Assembly: GCA_905331295.1 (NCBI GenBank)
Contig: CAJNYD010000039.1
Location: 1-64,000 of the forward strand
Direction: 5' to 3'
Origin: Rotaria socialis
Lineage: Eukaryota
Length of the DNA stretch: 64,000 nucleotides
Shown here: positions 1 to 14,360 of the stretch, in pieces
Position numbering within the stretch: position 1 is the first letter of the stretch
Layout of the letters: each line of letters starts with the position of its first letter
Translations under genes and position numbers: made by a program
Notes under the pieces: generated by a model
Database searches by the model: none
What the model was told of the DNA's origin: nothing
Seen by the model: the letters and a program-made list of their open reading frames with translations, nothing else

Positions 1-551
1 AATACTGACTTTACGACTCATGCTAAAAAAGCATAAAAAATCGATGACTAAGACTGTTAATCTGTAAACTAACTTGTCTACTTTATTCAACAACTCCCTT
101 TTACTCTCCCTTTACTTCTTTTCCAATCTATCTTCACTTAGGTCTCCTGGCCAATATATAGATGTGCGAACAAAGAGAGAGGTAGTGGTCGCAGATAGCG
201 CCGCTACCTAACAAAGACTATCTCCATGATTAAGATTTTCAAATACAGAAAGACAAACGACCAAGACTAACGTTTTTACTCACTACAGCAAAACAGCGAA
301 ATGGAGACTACAGAAATAAGACTGACAACAAGACGCTGGTTATAAGAGACCGAAAGACTCCAGAACTCAGACTACACTAGCGAAGGGGAAATCAACAGAA
401 AAAGAAAAACATCCTTAGAATGTAACCGTATATTAAATTACGAAATGATATACCAAAACGTTTGATCCCTCTTTTGTGAAACATGATCTGAAAGGAGTGT
501 TGGAGTATATAGTTAGGTCGTACNCCACACCCCCCCCCCCAGACCGTGACA
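1..551 (-). mobile_element. Probable LTR of an LTR retrotransposon, truncated by the window edge
   Basis: The minus strand starts TGTCACGG at 551 (canonical TG end), followed by a G-tract, a TATATA at ~155-160 and AATAAA at ~82-87, in U3-R-U5 order. No gag/pol ORF is visible. Confidence 0.4.
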
Positions 552-1250
552 TCGAATTTCCACAGATCATCACAGACAATGACCGAAAGGCTCCATGTAT
601 GATTACAGACCATGGCAGAAAATCTGCAAATATTCAAAGGCCGTGATAGACGAGTTTCAGCAAAGGAGTTTCATCGTGCTTCACATTTTAATCCCACAGG
701 GATTGCACTAACAGCTTTCATTGGTGTGAGAGGAAACACTGAGCTCTGATTATTTTTCATTTTATCACGATTGAATTTGTACAACTTCTGCCTTCTCTCG
801 GGTATTAAAATAACATTGTACGAAATACCATACCCCTTAGTAAAAATAACCTGCATATAATTTTATTAGCTTAAGAGGCATCATTGAATTCCGATTATTT
901 TCTAGGAGTGTATTGTGTATTTGATGGAAAATCAATATTTAACATCTGGGGTACCTACCCGTCAAGGATCGAAAAAAAATCTTTTGTTCTGATTTTAGTG
1001 CGAGCAGTTATATTTCGATAAAGTTACGTTTCCTGATCACAAATATCATCTTAGATTTTAAAATTCATTGGATACTAAGAAAGTTCTGAAGCACTCTCTG
1101 GAAGACTTAAAAAACAACTATTGGCCCACAGGTACATGAATATTCGATTTATACCGTTTGAAAATAGGCTCGTTCGATGTGAAGCGTTTCAGTTCTAATA
1201 ATATTCAGGAAGCCGGATTTCTGTCAGAAATGACAGATATTCGATAGTTC

Positions 1251-1665
1251 CAAATAGAATAATCCTGATTTTACTTGAAGGAAATATTATATATGGAGCC
1301 AGCACAAATTCCGAGTCAATCTAATTGTTTGTACAGCTTTTGTTTTCAGTCAGATTTTCACTCCTGGTCCATCTCATAGATAAACGAAATAATTAATTTA
1401 TCCAAAAGTCATGTGAGCAATGTGACAAAAGTTCCAACCGTTGGGAATGATGTTTGAAATAAAGCAGATCAATTAGCAATCAATGAAATAACTGTTGTGA
1501 ATAAATTAATTTTGTTCGTGTAAACCTTGAGGGAACCAGGGGTGAAAATCTGACTGAAAACAAAAGTCACAGACGCAATAATTGGAAACGTTTAGATCGA
1601 CTCAGATTTTATGCTTATTCAAAATATAATTTTCATTTTAAGCCAAACGAGGATTACTGTGTTTA
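1251..1665. mobile_element. Degenerate palindromic (MITE/foldback-like) element
   Basis: Arms ~1251-1410 and ~1490-1665 are reverse complements, e.g. ttttgttttcagtcagattttcactcctggtcc vs ggaaccaggggtgaaaatctgactgaaaacaaaa. Confidence 0.65.
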
Positions 1666-2017
1666 AACGAATAACTTGCATTAATGAGTGTTTTTTATCG
1701 AAATAAATTCAATTATAACATCGTCATGTATTTCTTTATAATATATTGTAAGTTCAACTAATATTTTTAATAAAAATAAAGTTAAATAAAATTACAAAAA
1801 ATTCATTCAATTTTCTTTTATTATTTATGTAATTGTATTTGTAACTAACTAGTAAAAAGAAAACGAGTTTCTCTCGTCAAGATATTTTATTGTTGTATTA
1901 AGTCTTTATTAATGGTTCAAAGATCATGATAAAATACGTTGTCATCGATTTTCATTGAACACATTTAGTTTAGCTATAAATTTACGTCAATTAGAACTGT
2001 TTTAGCGGTTAGTTTAT

Positions 2018-3169
2018 TCAATGTTTTTCCGGAGCTTTAACTTCATTTTGTTGACTAAGTGGTTTACCATCGAAAAAGTCTAGTAAATTTTGTATCGTGG
2101 TTTCAGCAATATTTCTTAAAGCTTCTTCAGTAAGAAATGCTTGATGAGACGTAACGATTGTATTTGGCATTGAAATTAAACGAGCCAATGTATCGTCAGC
2201 CATTACCTATCAATAATATTTTATTCAATAGAAAACAGCTTTGATTAAAGCAATAAAAATTACTTGTTGACTACAGTCATTGAAAAAGTAGTCCTTTTCA
2301 TTTTCGTAAACATCAATAGCAGCACCTCGTAGTTTTCCTGACTTGAGACAATCGACAAGTGCATTTGTATCAATTAATCCACCACGACTTGTGTTTATTA
2401 ATATAGCTCCACGTTTCATTTTTTCTAAAGCTTCTCTATTAATTAAATGATAAGTTGAGTCAAGCAATGGAGCATAAAGTGATACTAAAAATAAATACTT
2501 GCGTTTTTTAAATATAAATAAATATTTATCTATCATACCAACATCGCTTTGGTCAAGTAACTCATCCATGGTAACATATGTAAAACCTTTTTCTTTCGCA
2601 ACTTGCTCATTTGGCAAGATATCGTTAGCTAAAACGCGACAACCAAAGCCCAAAAATATATTAATGGCACACATACCGATTCCACCTGTTCCAATAATGC
2701 CAACTGTTTTACCAAAAAGATCAAGACCAACAAGACCGTCCAAGGAAAAATTATGCTGTTTTGTTCGATAATATGCATGATGTAAATTACGATTCAATGA
2801 AAGTAAAAGAGCTACGGAATGTTCAGCAACAGCATACGGTGAATATCGTGGTACGCGACATACTTTTATATTATATTTTTTTGCCACTCCGAGATCAACA
2901 TGATTAAAACCGGCACTTCTCAAAGCAATTATTTTAACTGAACTACATTCTTTATGTAATTCTTCAATGATATTTCTATCAAGAATATCATTTACAAATG
3001 CACAAATACCATCGAACCCATGAGCTTGATCAACTGTTTCCTGATTTAATTTACTTTCTAAAAATGTAAAATGAAGTTTACTTTGACCATTTAACGTTTT
3101 TAAAGCTTGTCGAAATGTTTTTTCGTCATAGCTTTTAGAATCAAAAACAAGAACTCGGCGTTGTGGCAT
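2018..3169 (-). CDS. ldhA: D-lactate dehydrogenase (LdhA-type D-2-hydroxyacid dehydrogenase), 3 exons
   Basis: Motifs [46 protein letters not shown] and [15 protein letters not shown] introns 2485-2538 and 2207-2263 join ORFs 2225..3169 and 2018..2203. Confidence 0.92.
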
Positions 3170-6024
3170 ATTTTGTTCTTTGAAAATTCTTTAATTATAA
3201 ACAACGAAGCATGTTGAATAAATAAAATTAATTATAATATTCTACTTACCTTGATAATTTTTCTAGATTTTTTTCTGCGTTCGAAAAAAAAAATATTGTT
3301 TTATCTGTATTTTTTGATGAGATATGTGTTAGTTACTATTAATCATGCAAGGCGAGCAATGGGTTATAAATGTGATGCTCGGATCCCATAAACGAAAAAG
3401 AAAAAAAGTAAGAGAACAACGAAAACGTATAGAACGACAGAAAAGAGCACGGTATTAACTGGTTGCATCTATGATATGTGACATATCAATAAAGACGCTA
3501 CTCGAAAGATGTCTACACATATGATTTATTCGTGAATTTTGAGAACATGTCCTGCTATATTTTCGCAATGGTTAAGTGCAAAAGAATGCTTTTTAGCAAT
3601 ACTAGATTGTAATTTTAATTGCCAAAAAAAATACACATAAGATCTAATGGGTGGTACTAAATTTTTGGATTAATTTTGCTTTCAAAATAGTATTGAGATG
3701 AAATGTCGTAGATATTTTCTCTTGTCTTCTAGTGGAAAGAGCACATTGGAAACTGCAAAAGTCGACAAAAGAATTCTATTTGTGTTGTTTTTTGGAGGCG
3801 ATCTAGATATTAAGTTTCATTTCTAAGTACCATATATTTATTTTCTATGCCAAAGTAAAATTAATTTTTCTGATAATGATCACGAATGACGAAAAATTTT
3901 AATATCAGATGATATCATTAAATGTTATTCCAGTGATTGAAAGTATACACAAAATGCTTTTGTTTTGTGCAACAAGATTTCATTAACTAGGGTGTGGGTA
4001 ACGATTGAATATGAATTCACCTGCGCTCAAACCCTCAAATATTTCGGAGTAAAGAACAAATAATGCAGTTTTTTTGTCATTTTATTCGTCTCCAGAATGA
4101 ACAAGTACCAAGATTACTAAAATCAGTCGATGATTGATGGAGTTTTTCATTGTTTTGTAGATCATTATCTTCAATTTTTAGCAGTCTTATTCTTTCCTCT
4201 GTTACCATAAAAACTAAAAGATATTTCTGTATGAATTCATTAGTTTAATTTAAGGATAGCTTTTCATTTATCATAGGTTATAAAATTTGTTTTGGTTATC
4301 TATGAAAGAAAATTCTTTGCTCTGACATAGTTAAACCTAGTTTCTATTTGCTTCCTACAGATAGTCATTACCATCTAACTCGTATTTGTTTCTTGTCGTG
4401 AAGATAATCTTATAATTACTTAGTAAGACTAAGTTTTCACTTACATGCTAACTCACTAAAATATCTGTCACTCTCGGTATGTTGCATAGACTAAGACAGT
4501 ACAGTAGGCATATACTTCTGGCAATTTGAAATTTAAAAATAGTTCGTTTTTATTTCTGATGATCATTGACTAGGCCTCACCAGGCTGCATAAAAAATCTA
4601 TGATTCACATTATAACGACAAATTTTAGTCCCTTGTCTCCCATACATCAACTTGATAGTATCTGTGGTATTTTTTTAAGTGTTTGTTGAATTTAAAATAA
4701 AATTGTTTTTCTTTCTTTTTGAAATTAAATGGATTCTATCCGATCATCATAACAACAGGAATGAAAAAATATTTTCGATTATTCAATGCCACAGTAATTA
4801 TATTTATTAAAATACCTTATATTTTGATACGTCAAAGCTTAGAATATACTGAATTAAAAATTTCCTAGTCTCAAACAACTGAAATCCTTTTATATGTTCA
4901 TTTCGTTTTATGATGTAAAATGTCCAAATTAATGAAAATATCTCTACAAGTTTATTCAATGATACATTTTAATTCTAGACTTCTATTAATGTTTATGGAA
5001 TATTCATACAAATGAAAAGTTAATCTGCGTGTAAGAAAGAATATTGAAGATACCGTTTCAGATCGATTGAATAAATCAGGGTTTGGAATTGGATATTCTG
5101 AGTAAACGGAAAATAGTACTCAAGCAAATATCAGGACAATTAATTGAGATATTAATATTGATTCGATTTGAAAAATATGAAATAATCTTTATAAGTAAAA
5201 GCAACATGATGTTGAAATTCAATACTAATAGAATACAAAAGTTTCACAAATAGCGATTGCTGTGACAAAACAAAGCAGTTTGTCAATATTGAACAATTCC
5301 AAGCGTTTCTGTTTTTTTTATACTGTATTTAAAATGAACACTATTACATTTGACACAAATCAGGGTTTTGGAATCAGTACCGTGCTTTAGTTTTATATAT
5401 ATCAATTAAAAAAGTAATTCTACTTATTTTGAATGCAAGCTGTATCAAAAGGAAAAGTAATTGCCTTACAAATCAGCAGATAATTAGCAAACTTTTTATA
5501 TAGATTCAACATTATCGTGATAGAAAAAATAGTCTATTGATGACTAATATTAAAAAATAGATTATATGTGTTAGCTGTTCTATTAATACAAAGCATATCG
5601 ATAAATTATAAAATAGAATTGAGATTAACAGAATATCGAACACATTGCTCTCTAAGTAGAGAATGCAACGGAAAACTTATTTTGTCCTCCATTTTTTACT
5701 TACGTTATGCCTCTAAAAGACGATCGAAGAATGATTCATATTATTTCTTGCATGAATAATCGCTTTCTATAAATATAGCAACACAAAAAATGTCATTAAC
5801 ACTCATAGACTCTATCTTGTAACATTAGACGAGAAGAAGAAAAAAAACTTAAAGGTACTGCTTTGCTTTCGAAAACAAAAATGAGCTAGAAAAACTATTC
5901 CTCTTTTTTTTTACTTCTGATTCATAGACCTTGCATCGAAGGTTGTATATATAAACGCCGTGAAATATTCTTTTTTGTTTTGTTTTATTTTAGTAGTATT
6001 CACTTTGCTATACTAATATTAATT

Positions 6025-7074
6025 ATGGTTTACGGCAAAGAGCATGCGACTGAATATTTGGCTAAAACACCAATTGCATTTATTGGTACTATCGATCAAG
6101 TGATTCCGGGAATATCCACAAGATCGATGCCACCGATTAATCATTACAAATTAATTATGGGCAATATTCGATCGTTACGTGGTTCTGTCGCGACAACTGA
6201 ATTCGGTTATTATCAACATGGTGCAGGTCATTTTCTTCTGCAGGTTATTCAAAATCCTGATGGCTCCGAAACTCTAGGAGATCAATCACTACAAGAACAA
6301 GTAAAAGAGCCAACAGTTGGTATCAGTTATTTAGCATGTTCGAGTGATGGACAACATATAAATACGCTAGTTGAATTAGATAATAATACAATCGAAGAAT
6401 TGCTTAAACTCTCGAAAATTCCATTAGGATGGAGTAAACAATCCAATGGACACTATGAAAGTCCTTGGCAACATTCTCATGCAAAAACTGTCAAATGGCA
6501 CGATAATAAACAATATAGTAGTCATGATAAATGCGCAAAAACTGGTCGACCACTACTTATTACAAGTGATGATATTGCACTTACATGTGAACCGGTACAA
6601 GCAGCTCATGTCAAAGAATATAAAAATCCCGATGGTGATGGTATGTATTCAATGTGTTCATTTTCTATTTATTTCACATTCTACTGTCTTGTTTAAGGTG
6701 TTTTTAAACTAACAGTAAAAAATAATAGCAGTCGACCTGTTGAAATTCCTGCATTATTACGTGACAGCCATACGAAAACAATTCTTTGGGAAGAAAGTGT
6801 CTTTGTCATTACAGATGCTGGCAATCACTTTTTTCCAGGTCACGGACAGGCACGTGATGTTGAACCAACGCTACTTGAACCAAACGAAAGCGTATCAACA
6901 AAATTAGATACATTAACTCTACATGATTTATCGTGGCCTCAAGGTGGCTGGCGGTTACATCTAAGATTTTGCTTAGGTGATAAAGCTACTGAAGGAAGTT
7001 ACTATTATTTTACTGATCATCATGAACCAATACGCAAAAATGCTCAGAAAAAAAGTAGTGCTATTGTTAACTAA
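6025..7074 (+). CDS. Uncharacterised ~330-aa protein, 2 exons, bacterial-like
   Basis: ATG at 6025. Intron ~6641-6697 (gtatgt...ttaag) gives a continuous frame ...YKNPDGDGVFKLTVKNNSSRPVEIPALL...WPQGGWRLHLRFCLGDK...*; TAA at 7072-7074. Confidence 0.8.
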
Positions 7075-7475
7075 ACGAACAGAAATAAATAATCGAAAAA
7101 ATCTTGTTTATGTGTACGAATTTCCTTTATTTTTTATTTTTCTGAAACACACGGGCACTTGATCGAGAATGTTTTGTACAGAATAATTCATTTTACTATA
7201 CTTATATTAATTTAATAAATAGAAAAATAGATTGATTCAGTCTTCATATATATTTATCGTGAGATCGAAACAGAAAATAAATCAATTTGTCCAAGATTAG
7301 TCGTGTTTATTTTATGGTCAATAAATATTCAGGAAATAGAGTACATAATAATATTAGCTGAGCTACCAAAACAGTTATTACCAAAAATTGTGTGTATACT
7401 CTTAGTATACGTCTAATAATTAACAAAACGCAAGAAGAAGGAAAATGTAGATCAATACAGAAATAATATGTACAT

Positions 7476-9459
7476 TCAATTCGTAAATATTGATTCTTGT
7501 GTAAGACGTAAACGAGAAAAAACCATACCACCAGTAGGATTATTCTCAGTCGATGTCATTTGTTCAATATTTCGTCCCATAACAGCAGCATGAAAATGTT
7601 TATTTTCATCGGATGATACGATACGACGACGACCTGTATCAAGAAAAACAGTTAATTGAACAGAAGTTGAAACAGATGAAGACGTCGATGATGTTAATGA
7701 GAGATTTTCAATGTCAAGTGATGAAATTTCAATATGAATGGTTGATATTGAATCTTGAATTCGAAATGCATATGAATAACTTGGAAAAACAAAGCTTTCA
7801 TCGACTTGTGATGAACCTTGAGAATTTTCATAGACAACTTCAATAGAACCTGTTTTTGATATTGTGATTGTCATTCCTATGGGGATATTTTATAAATGAA
7901 AATAAATCGTATTTTGTTGTTGTTGAAAATGAATTGATACTAACCTGCTTTTGACGTATGTTCAGTTTCAGCTAAATAACATAGGACAGCTTGTGTTTGC
8001 GATGATGCATCAGTAAGAAAATCAATGGTGCCTGTCCATGTGCAAGCAACTGTTGAATCAAATGTTTGTTTGGTACGTAAAAATACATTTGATTTCAATA
8101 TAACAGCACTAAAATCTGATACCAGTACATTATCTTCTTGACCTGATATTGTATGCCAATGATCTTTCATTGAAGGAAAGATTTTTTTTTCATCTTCTCG
8201 TTCATTTTGAGTATAGGAATTTTCATTTATCAATCCATCCAATGGCGGCGGCAAATCATAATAGATTAACGAACGACTAAACGACGTTCGATATTGCAAT
8301 AGACGAGCTAAATTTTCCGGTGTATTTTCAACTTCACCAATAGGCGACCAAAATGTTAAACCTGACTTCGTTACTGTTGCAAGCCAATGAAGTTGATCAA
8401 ATGATTTAAGTGCTAATGAAAGACGAATCGGAAAAGTGATCTCAAAATTAAATAGAGAATAATTATCATTCTGTGTTATTGTTCTATACATATTAATCAC
8501 GCTTGACCACGTATATGATGTTGTTGTTTTATCGTAAATAGTTGTCCATCCAAGTGAAAATGATATCATTAATTGTGGTATGACACCAAAAGCAAATGCA
8601 AGACTTTCACTTAGGAAACGTTGAGCATCAATAGGTGGTGCACATTGTGGATTAGCACGAACAATATCAGCATTGAGAATAATTGGGCCGTTAATCTAAG
8701 AAAATATATAATAAATGACAAAAGAAAATAAGTTTCAAGTTTTGTTTTAAAGAACTAACATCATCCTTTTGAGCTTCTAACGCGTCGAGGCACGGTTGCA
8801 ATGCATTGATATCTTTAAAGTCAAGTTTGAGGCCTTTACTTGATGATTTAATTTGCTTGAGAAATTCAGAAAAAGTTAAATCACTGGTTTTATTTGGTGG
8901 ATGAGCCATGATTGGATCAGGCGATGATGAACCGATTAGAATATCGGCTTCAATAAACATAAGTGAACCTATTCATAAAAGTATATATGATTGAAAACAA
9001 AACAAAGAACCAAACTTTCAATAGAACACGATGAGTTTCTACAAATGGCGTGTCTTTCATTCATAATCAATAAGTTGAAAATCTCCATAACTCTTTTGAA
9101 AAAGTAAAACTATAAGATGTTATTATCTAATTGGTGAAAAACAATAACTAGGAGTCATATTAGAAGAATTTTCAATTTTTTCGAAGACTTCATAATAAAA
9201 CTTGTTTCCGATTACTAGAACTATTCCTTTAATAGAAAAAGTTGTATAATTTCAGTCTACTCGTCTCATTAAATTACTGATAGATCCATTCGCCATGTGG
9301 CATTCACTAGTTCATATTTTACAACTTACTTTGAAGACTTTCCTCAAGTTGTTGTCGGCTATTAACAGCATGTGCCCATGTAACTCGCGATGCATCATTC
9401 TCAATACTTGGAAAATAATGTAATGTACGTTGAAAATATCGTTTATCACCAGTCGACAT
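7476..9459 (-). CDS. FAM151: FAM151/menorin family (DUF2181) protein with a C-terminal extension, ~4 exons
   Basis: Motifs VTWAHAVNS, MFIEADIL, PIMAHPP, GLKLDFK, IILNADIV, SLGWTT and ITFPIR. ATG at 9459. Confidence 0.85.
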
Positions 9460-9609
9460 TAATTTTTCTAGAATTAAAAGACATAAGCAAATAATGAAAA
9501 TAAAATAAATATGTTTACAATTTCCTTTTTTTTTTTTGTTTATTTATTATTACAAATATATCTGATCTATGAATCAGTACGATAGAGAACAAGAATAGAA
9601 AAAAAAGTC

Positions 9610-11123
9610 TTATGATGACATTGATTTATTATTTTCGCGATCCATATCTGATGTTGCTGTATTGTCAACAAATGTACTTTGTACGCATGACCGATAATAT
9701 TCTTTACTTGATATTAATTCATGAAAAAGATTTTGTGTTGATATTATGTCAGGAAGAATCTGTTCCATTTGCTAAAAAAAGCACATTTTTAGAAAATTGA
9801 TAATTTATTTTTAAAATTTAAAAAAACCAGTTACGTCATTATTTGCTTTTATGTTGCTGAGTTTATTTCGTGATGTTTTATAAAGAATATTTTCAATTTG
9901 CTCAATACGTTTTTTCCATTGATCATTTTTTAAAATGGGACACCAAGCACGATGCGATAAAATAGGATCAAATGTAAGATGATTCATATCAATATGAATT
10001 TCTCGACAACATTTATCACACATTAATGATGAATTATTAAATTTCCAATAGAAAACAAGAATTTTAAAAGCAGATAATAAATGTGGATCATTTAAATGGG
10101 AACTAGATAAAAGATCGAAATCTGTTGCTTCAATTTGAAACATCTAAAATCACAACAGGAAAAAAGCTGTGAAAAACATAAAATCTCCTTGGTGAAGAAA
10201 CGAACTGTTTGTAATTGACCAACAATAGTAATTCGATGAATGCGTGATAAAAAAATTTCTGCTTCTTTTAATAATGTATTTACTGTTTCATTTGAAAAAA
10301 TATCTGTAAGTTGTACTATTGACTCAGGTATAATCATAAATTTCCATACACAATATCGATGATGAGAATCAACCAGAGATCGGAAAATATTTTCTATACA
10401 TTCCGTATCTAAATTAGACAAAATTCAACATACAACTTTGACGAATAGTTCACGGGTAGTATATAGATATAGCTCTTATAGTTCGAGTGATACATATCCG
10501 GATTGAGAAAGAGATTGCATCGTGTAAATATAATTGTCTTAGGCTAATTTTTATCAGTCTATAAATTTTAAAAAATCAGCCAAAACTTTCCCGGGGTCCA
10601 CAGAAATTCTAATCGATAAGAGCTTTATTGTTATTCTTGTATTCAAGAAAAATTTAGTTACCATATTTTATTTAAATTCGACTACATCTATTGACATACA
10701 CTTCTTACTATTAGAAAATCATCACAGTTCGATCCTACAAGTCTCGACCAGTCTCTCATGTTCTTACTGGAGCCGCAGTTCTTTTTCCCTCATAACTTAC
10801 ATAGATCCTTTTTAAGAACACTAGGCAATTGAGCGGCTATTTGTGCATGGCAATTGACACATTCAATCAAATCATTTGATTTACATGCCCAACCACGTCG
10901 GGAACATTCAATAGCTGATATTTGATCAGGTTTACCAAACCAAAGATAATCCTTATTTGTAGAAAAATAAATTTAAAGTAATTTTAAAATAGATCAAAAG
11001 AAAATGACAATTCACTTCATAAGTTTTTAGACGATCTCGATATTCATCCAAAGTTTTATGATTAATAGTTTGTAATTGCGATAAATGAAGAAGATGTGAT
11101 GAAAATTTCGAATCTTTCAACAT
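9610..11123 (-). CDS. ZC3HC1: NIPA/ZC3HC1-like protein (zf-C3HC + Rsm1-like zinc fingers), multi-exon
   Basis: YRDRLKTY, WFGKPDQISAIECSRRGW, ECVNC...SHHRYCVW, and LMCDKCCR...FDPILSHRAWCP. Confidence 0.85.
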
Positions 11124-11320
11124 TAGTTTTTTTTTTCTTATCTATTACAAGAAAAAAGAGAAAGAAGTAGCAGAATGTAGATTAATGTTTAAATAAGATT
11201 TCTATCGATATAAAAAAAAATAAATTACAGACACAATACAAATGAATGCAAACATATTTCAGGATCGACTAGGAACAAGAGTAAATCACAAAAGAATCAA
11301 TAGAGCAAAGAAAAAAAGAA

Positions 11321-12072
11321 CTAAGCTTTGCGATATTCAAGTCGTTCAACTGTAAATTTTTCATTGACTAGTTGATAAACATAGAGTGTAAGTGATGCTT
11401 GTTGGATGTCCATTAATACAAAAGAAGGCGTTGTTGAACTTGAAAAACAAAAATAACTATGAACTACAGGACAACCATTTTTTTTAGACTAACCTATTTA
11501 ATGCATTAAATGCTCCGGTAGCTGAACCAGGATTAATAAAAAACTTATTGTCACGTTCAAATGCTTCAAATTTATGTGTGTGACCAGTAATAAGAATATC
11601 TACGTCCATTTGACGTTGAAGCATACTTAAACTTTCAACATCCCCTATAGAAAACAACCATTGAAACGAATTAAAAATATACAAAAATTACCCCATGGAA
11701 CGATTTGATGACCATGACAAAGACCAATACGGAATTGACCCACAGTAACTACTTTTTGATCGACAAAATTTGGATTCTAGATCATAATAATTAAATAATT
11801 ATACGTATCTTATATACTAAATAGATACATACATCATCGAAATCTCCACGAACAATATGAACATCAGCAGTCAATGTTTTTAAATAATCAATTGTTTCCT
11901 TTGTACATAAATTTCCAGTGCATAGAATATGTTGAATACGACCTGGAGTTAAAAGTTTTCGAAATTCATGTGGTAAACCACTGACACGATAAGGAATGTG
12001 AAGATCACCCAAGACAAGTACAAGCTAAATTAAACATACAAATAGCGATATGCTCTAATGTTCACTTACCAT
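11321..12072 (-). CDS. VPS29: Retromer subunit VPS29
   Basis: The first coding exon is only ATG (12070-12072) followed by gtaagt. Motifs [35 protein letters not shown] and INPGSATGA; stop at 11321-11323. Confidence 0.95.
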
Positions 12073-14360
12073 TATCGAAATATTTATCGACCGAACAAAT
12101 ATGTTATTTTATTCTATGATGTTCTAAACCTTCCCTAAAACTACAACTAATTAATTAGGTAAAATCTCTACCACGAATAACTGAATGCTTTTTGATCGAA
12201 CGAAGTTCTTCGTTGAGTCGATGAATCCACTATTTATTTATTTGCTTTGTTTGCAAGAGTAACACCAACCATAAACGTGTTTCAGTACAAGATAGATGTC
12301 AGTCATGTTACTATTCTTGATACAACGAAAGAACACTTTGCAGAAGAATATTTCGTATTCATTGTTATTTAACAAAATTGAAATAAATTAATGTTTCTAT
12401 AGAATTTGTTGATTCGTAAAATGGCTTGTTTTCGTGTATCGCCTCTCGTTTTAAAACATCAATATAGAAGATACGTATACGCGAACCCTATCTTTATCTC
12501 ATGAGATGTTGTAAATTGTGAGACATTTTCATCGTCCTTTAACTTCATTAGTTATTTCCAAAAATTAAATTTCCAATATAATCTGAATATAAAAATTTGA
12601 TTAAAATGACTCATCGTAAACGGATTCTTGCAAGTTTTGTTTTCTTGTTTGAATACTCTATATGTTACCACATATTTCAACAAAAATGTTTTTTGTCGTT
12701 CAATAAGATTACCACGCCAATGATTTACACAAGTAAAAAGAAGAATCTTAAAATTGTCATTTTGACGTTGACTTCTTCATTTTCATGACAATCTAAATAA
12801 ATGACTCAATTTCATTCGATTCACTAAATATCGATTTTGACCGGCAAAACTCGTATCAACTCTTGGGGACATTGTGTTTCTAAGTGTTTACGCCATTTAA
12901 AATGCTTATAGCGATTCATCGTTATTGCTTCATTATTTTTATAAAAAATAAACATAAGAAATAAATTAACCCTCTTTCTACTGAAATATTTGAAGTCTTT
13001 TTCTTATAGAAGAAACAACTAACCATCATGATGTAAAACACTATATGCCAAAAAATTTTCACCGTGCCAAATAGATTCTCATGTTGTTTTTTGCCATATT
13101 TTTGAATCAATACCTTTTTTGTTTATGTTAGAAAAGGAATTCACAAAAAACGTTAGACATAAAACAATGGAATTCTTGTCAATAGTTGATTTCAAATAGA
13201 CTCAGTAATACAACAACGCTAATACGGTGTCATTTTTGAGAAAATATGCTTGAAGTAAGTTTCAACTGTCTGTATTGCATTAAATGTTAGTTCGTGAGAA
13301 AAAAATCTATATTTACTTCATCTGATTTCGTCATTGTACCATTTTGCTGATGCACTTGAAAAAAGAGCTTGCTAATCTGTCAAAAATAGAAACAAAACCT
13401 GACAGGGAACGGTTGTGGACAGTTTTTTTTATCTCGTCAACTTAAGCTTATTGTTTTTTAGCAGGAACTAAAGTAAAAATGAAAATACTTTCTCGAGTGG
13501 GAGATAAAAGTCATGAAAAACTAAAGCACAAAATCATAAAAAAGAAACAGCAGCAAAGTTCAATTTATGACAAGATCATACAGAAAAAAAACATTTTCAT
13601 CAGATCTATTGGTTTGTTCAGAATAGTTTTGTGGCGTATACTAAAATTCCAGCTCGTCAAGGCAGTGTTCCAAGATCATGAATGATGTTTACGTAGGACA
13701 AATATGTTCATTGATAAAATTTAAAGATAAACCATGGCTTTTATTTTTTCTAAATCCGATTTGTTTTCGAGAAAGCACTTGAGTAATTCACTGAAATCAA
13801 TAGTATTAAGCTTACTGCAAAAACAATCATTGTTCAATAGAAAAAAAACCGATAAAGATACGTTACATAATATCCAAAACATGTTTCGTAAATATGCGTA
13901 AAATAGACGAAATAAAATATTGTCGCGGCGTCAGCAAATCTTGTATTTTCCATTGACAAGAGCTTTCATTCACTTAGCCGCTTATTGAAAGGTAAATATG
14001 TGGGCGACTTTTACTTATCAAAGCATAAAGATTTTTTTGTTTATGCAATCAATTGAATTACTGCATTTATTATTGGCATAACATTGTGTGCGTGCATTTT
14101 GCACATAGTAATGTTTAGTTTTTAGCTGTTTGAAAAAGAAAAACTTCTTCATCTGTCATTCAAGTTACACAATCGTCATTTTATGCTTATTTGCGCTCGC
14201 GATTTCGAGAATAAACTAAACTAAGAAAAGATTGAAAAATAATACACAATAATAGTAATATTCAATTCTTTTTCTAATATAGTTGAGTTATAAGGGTTTA
14301 AAATTTCGATTGATCCTCAAGTAATATATGATAAAGTATTTATTATCGTTTATTCTAGCT

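Noticed and set aside
2018..7074. Bacterial contamination as the source of the foreign-looking genes
   Set aside because: Both genes have GT-AG introns and host-like base composition, and are contiguous with animal genes.
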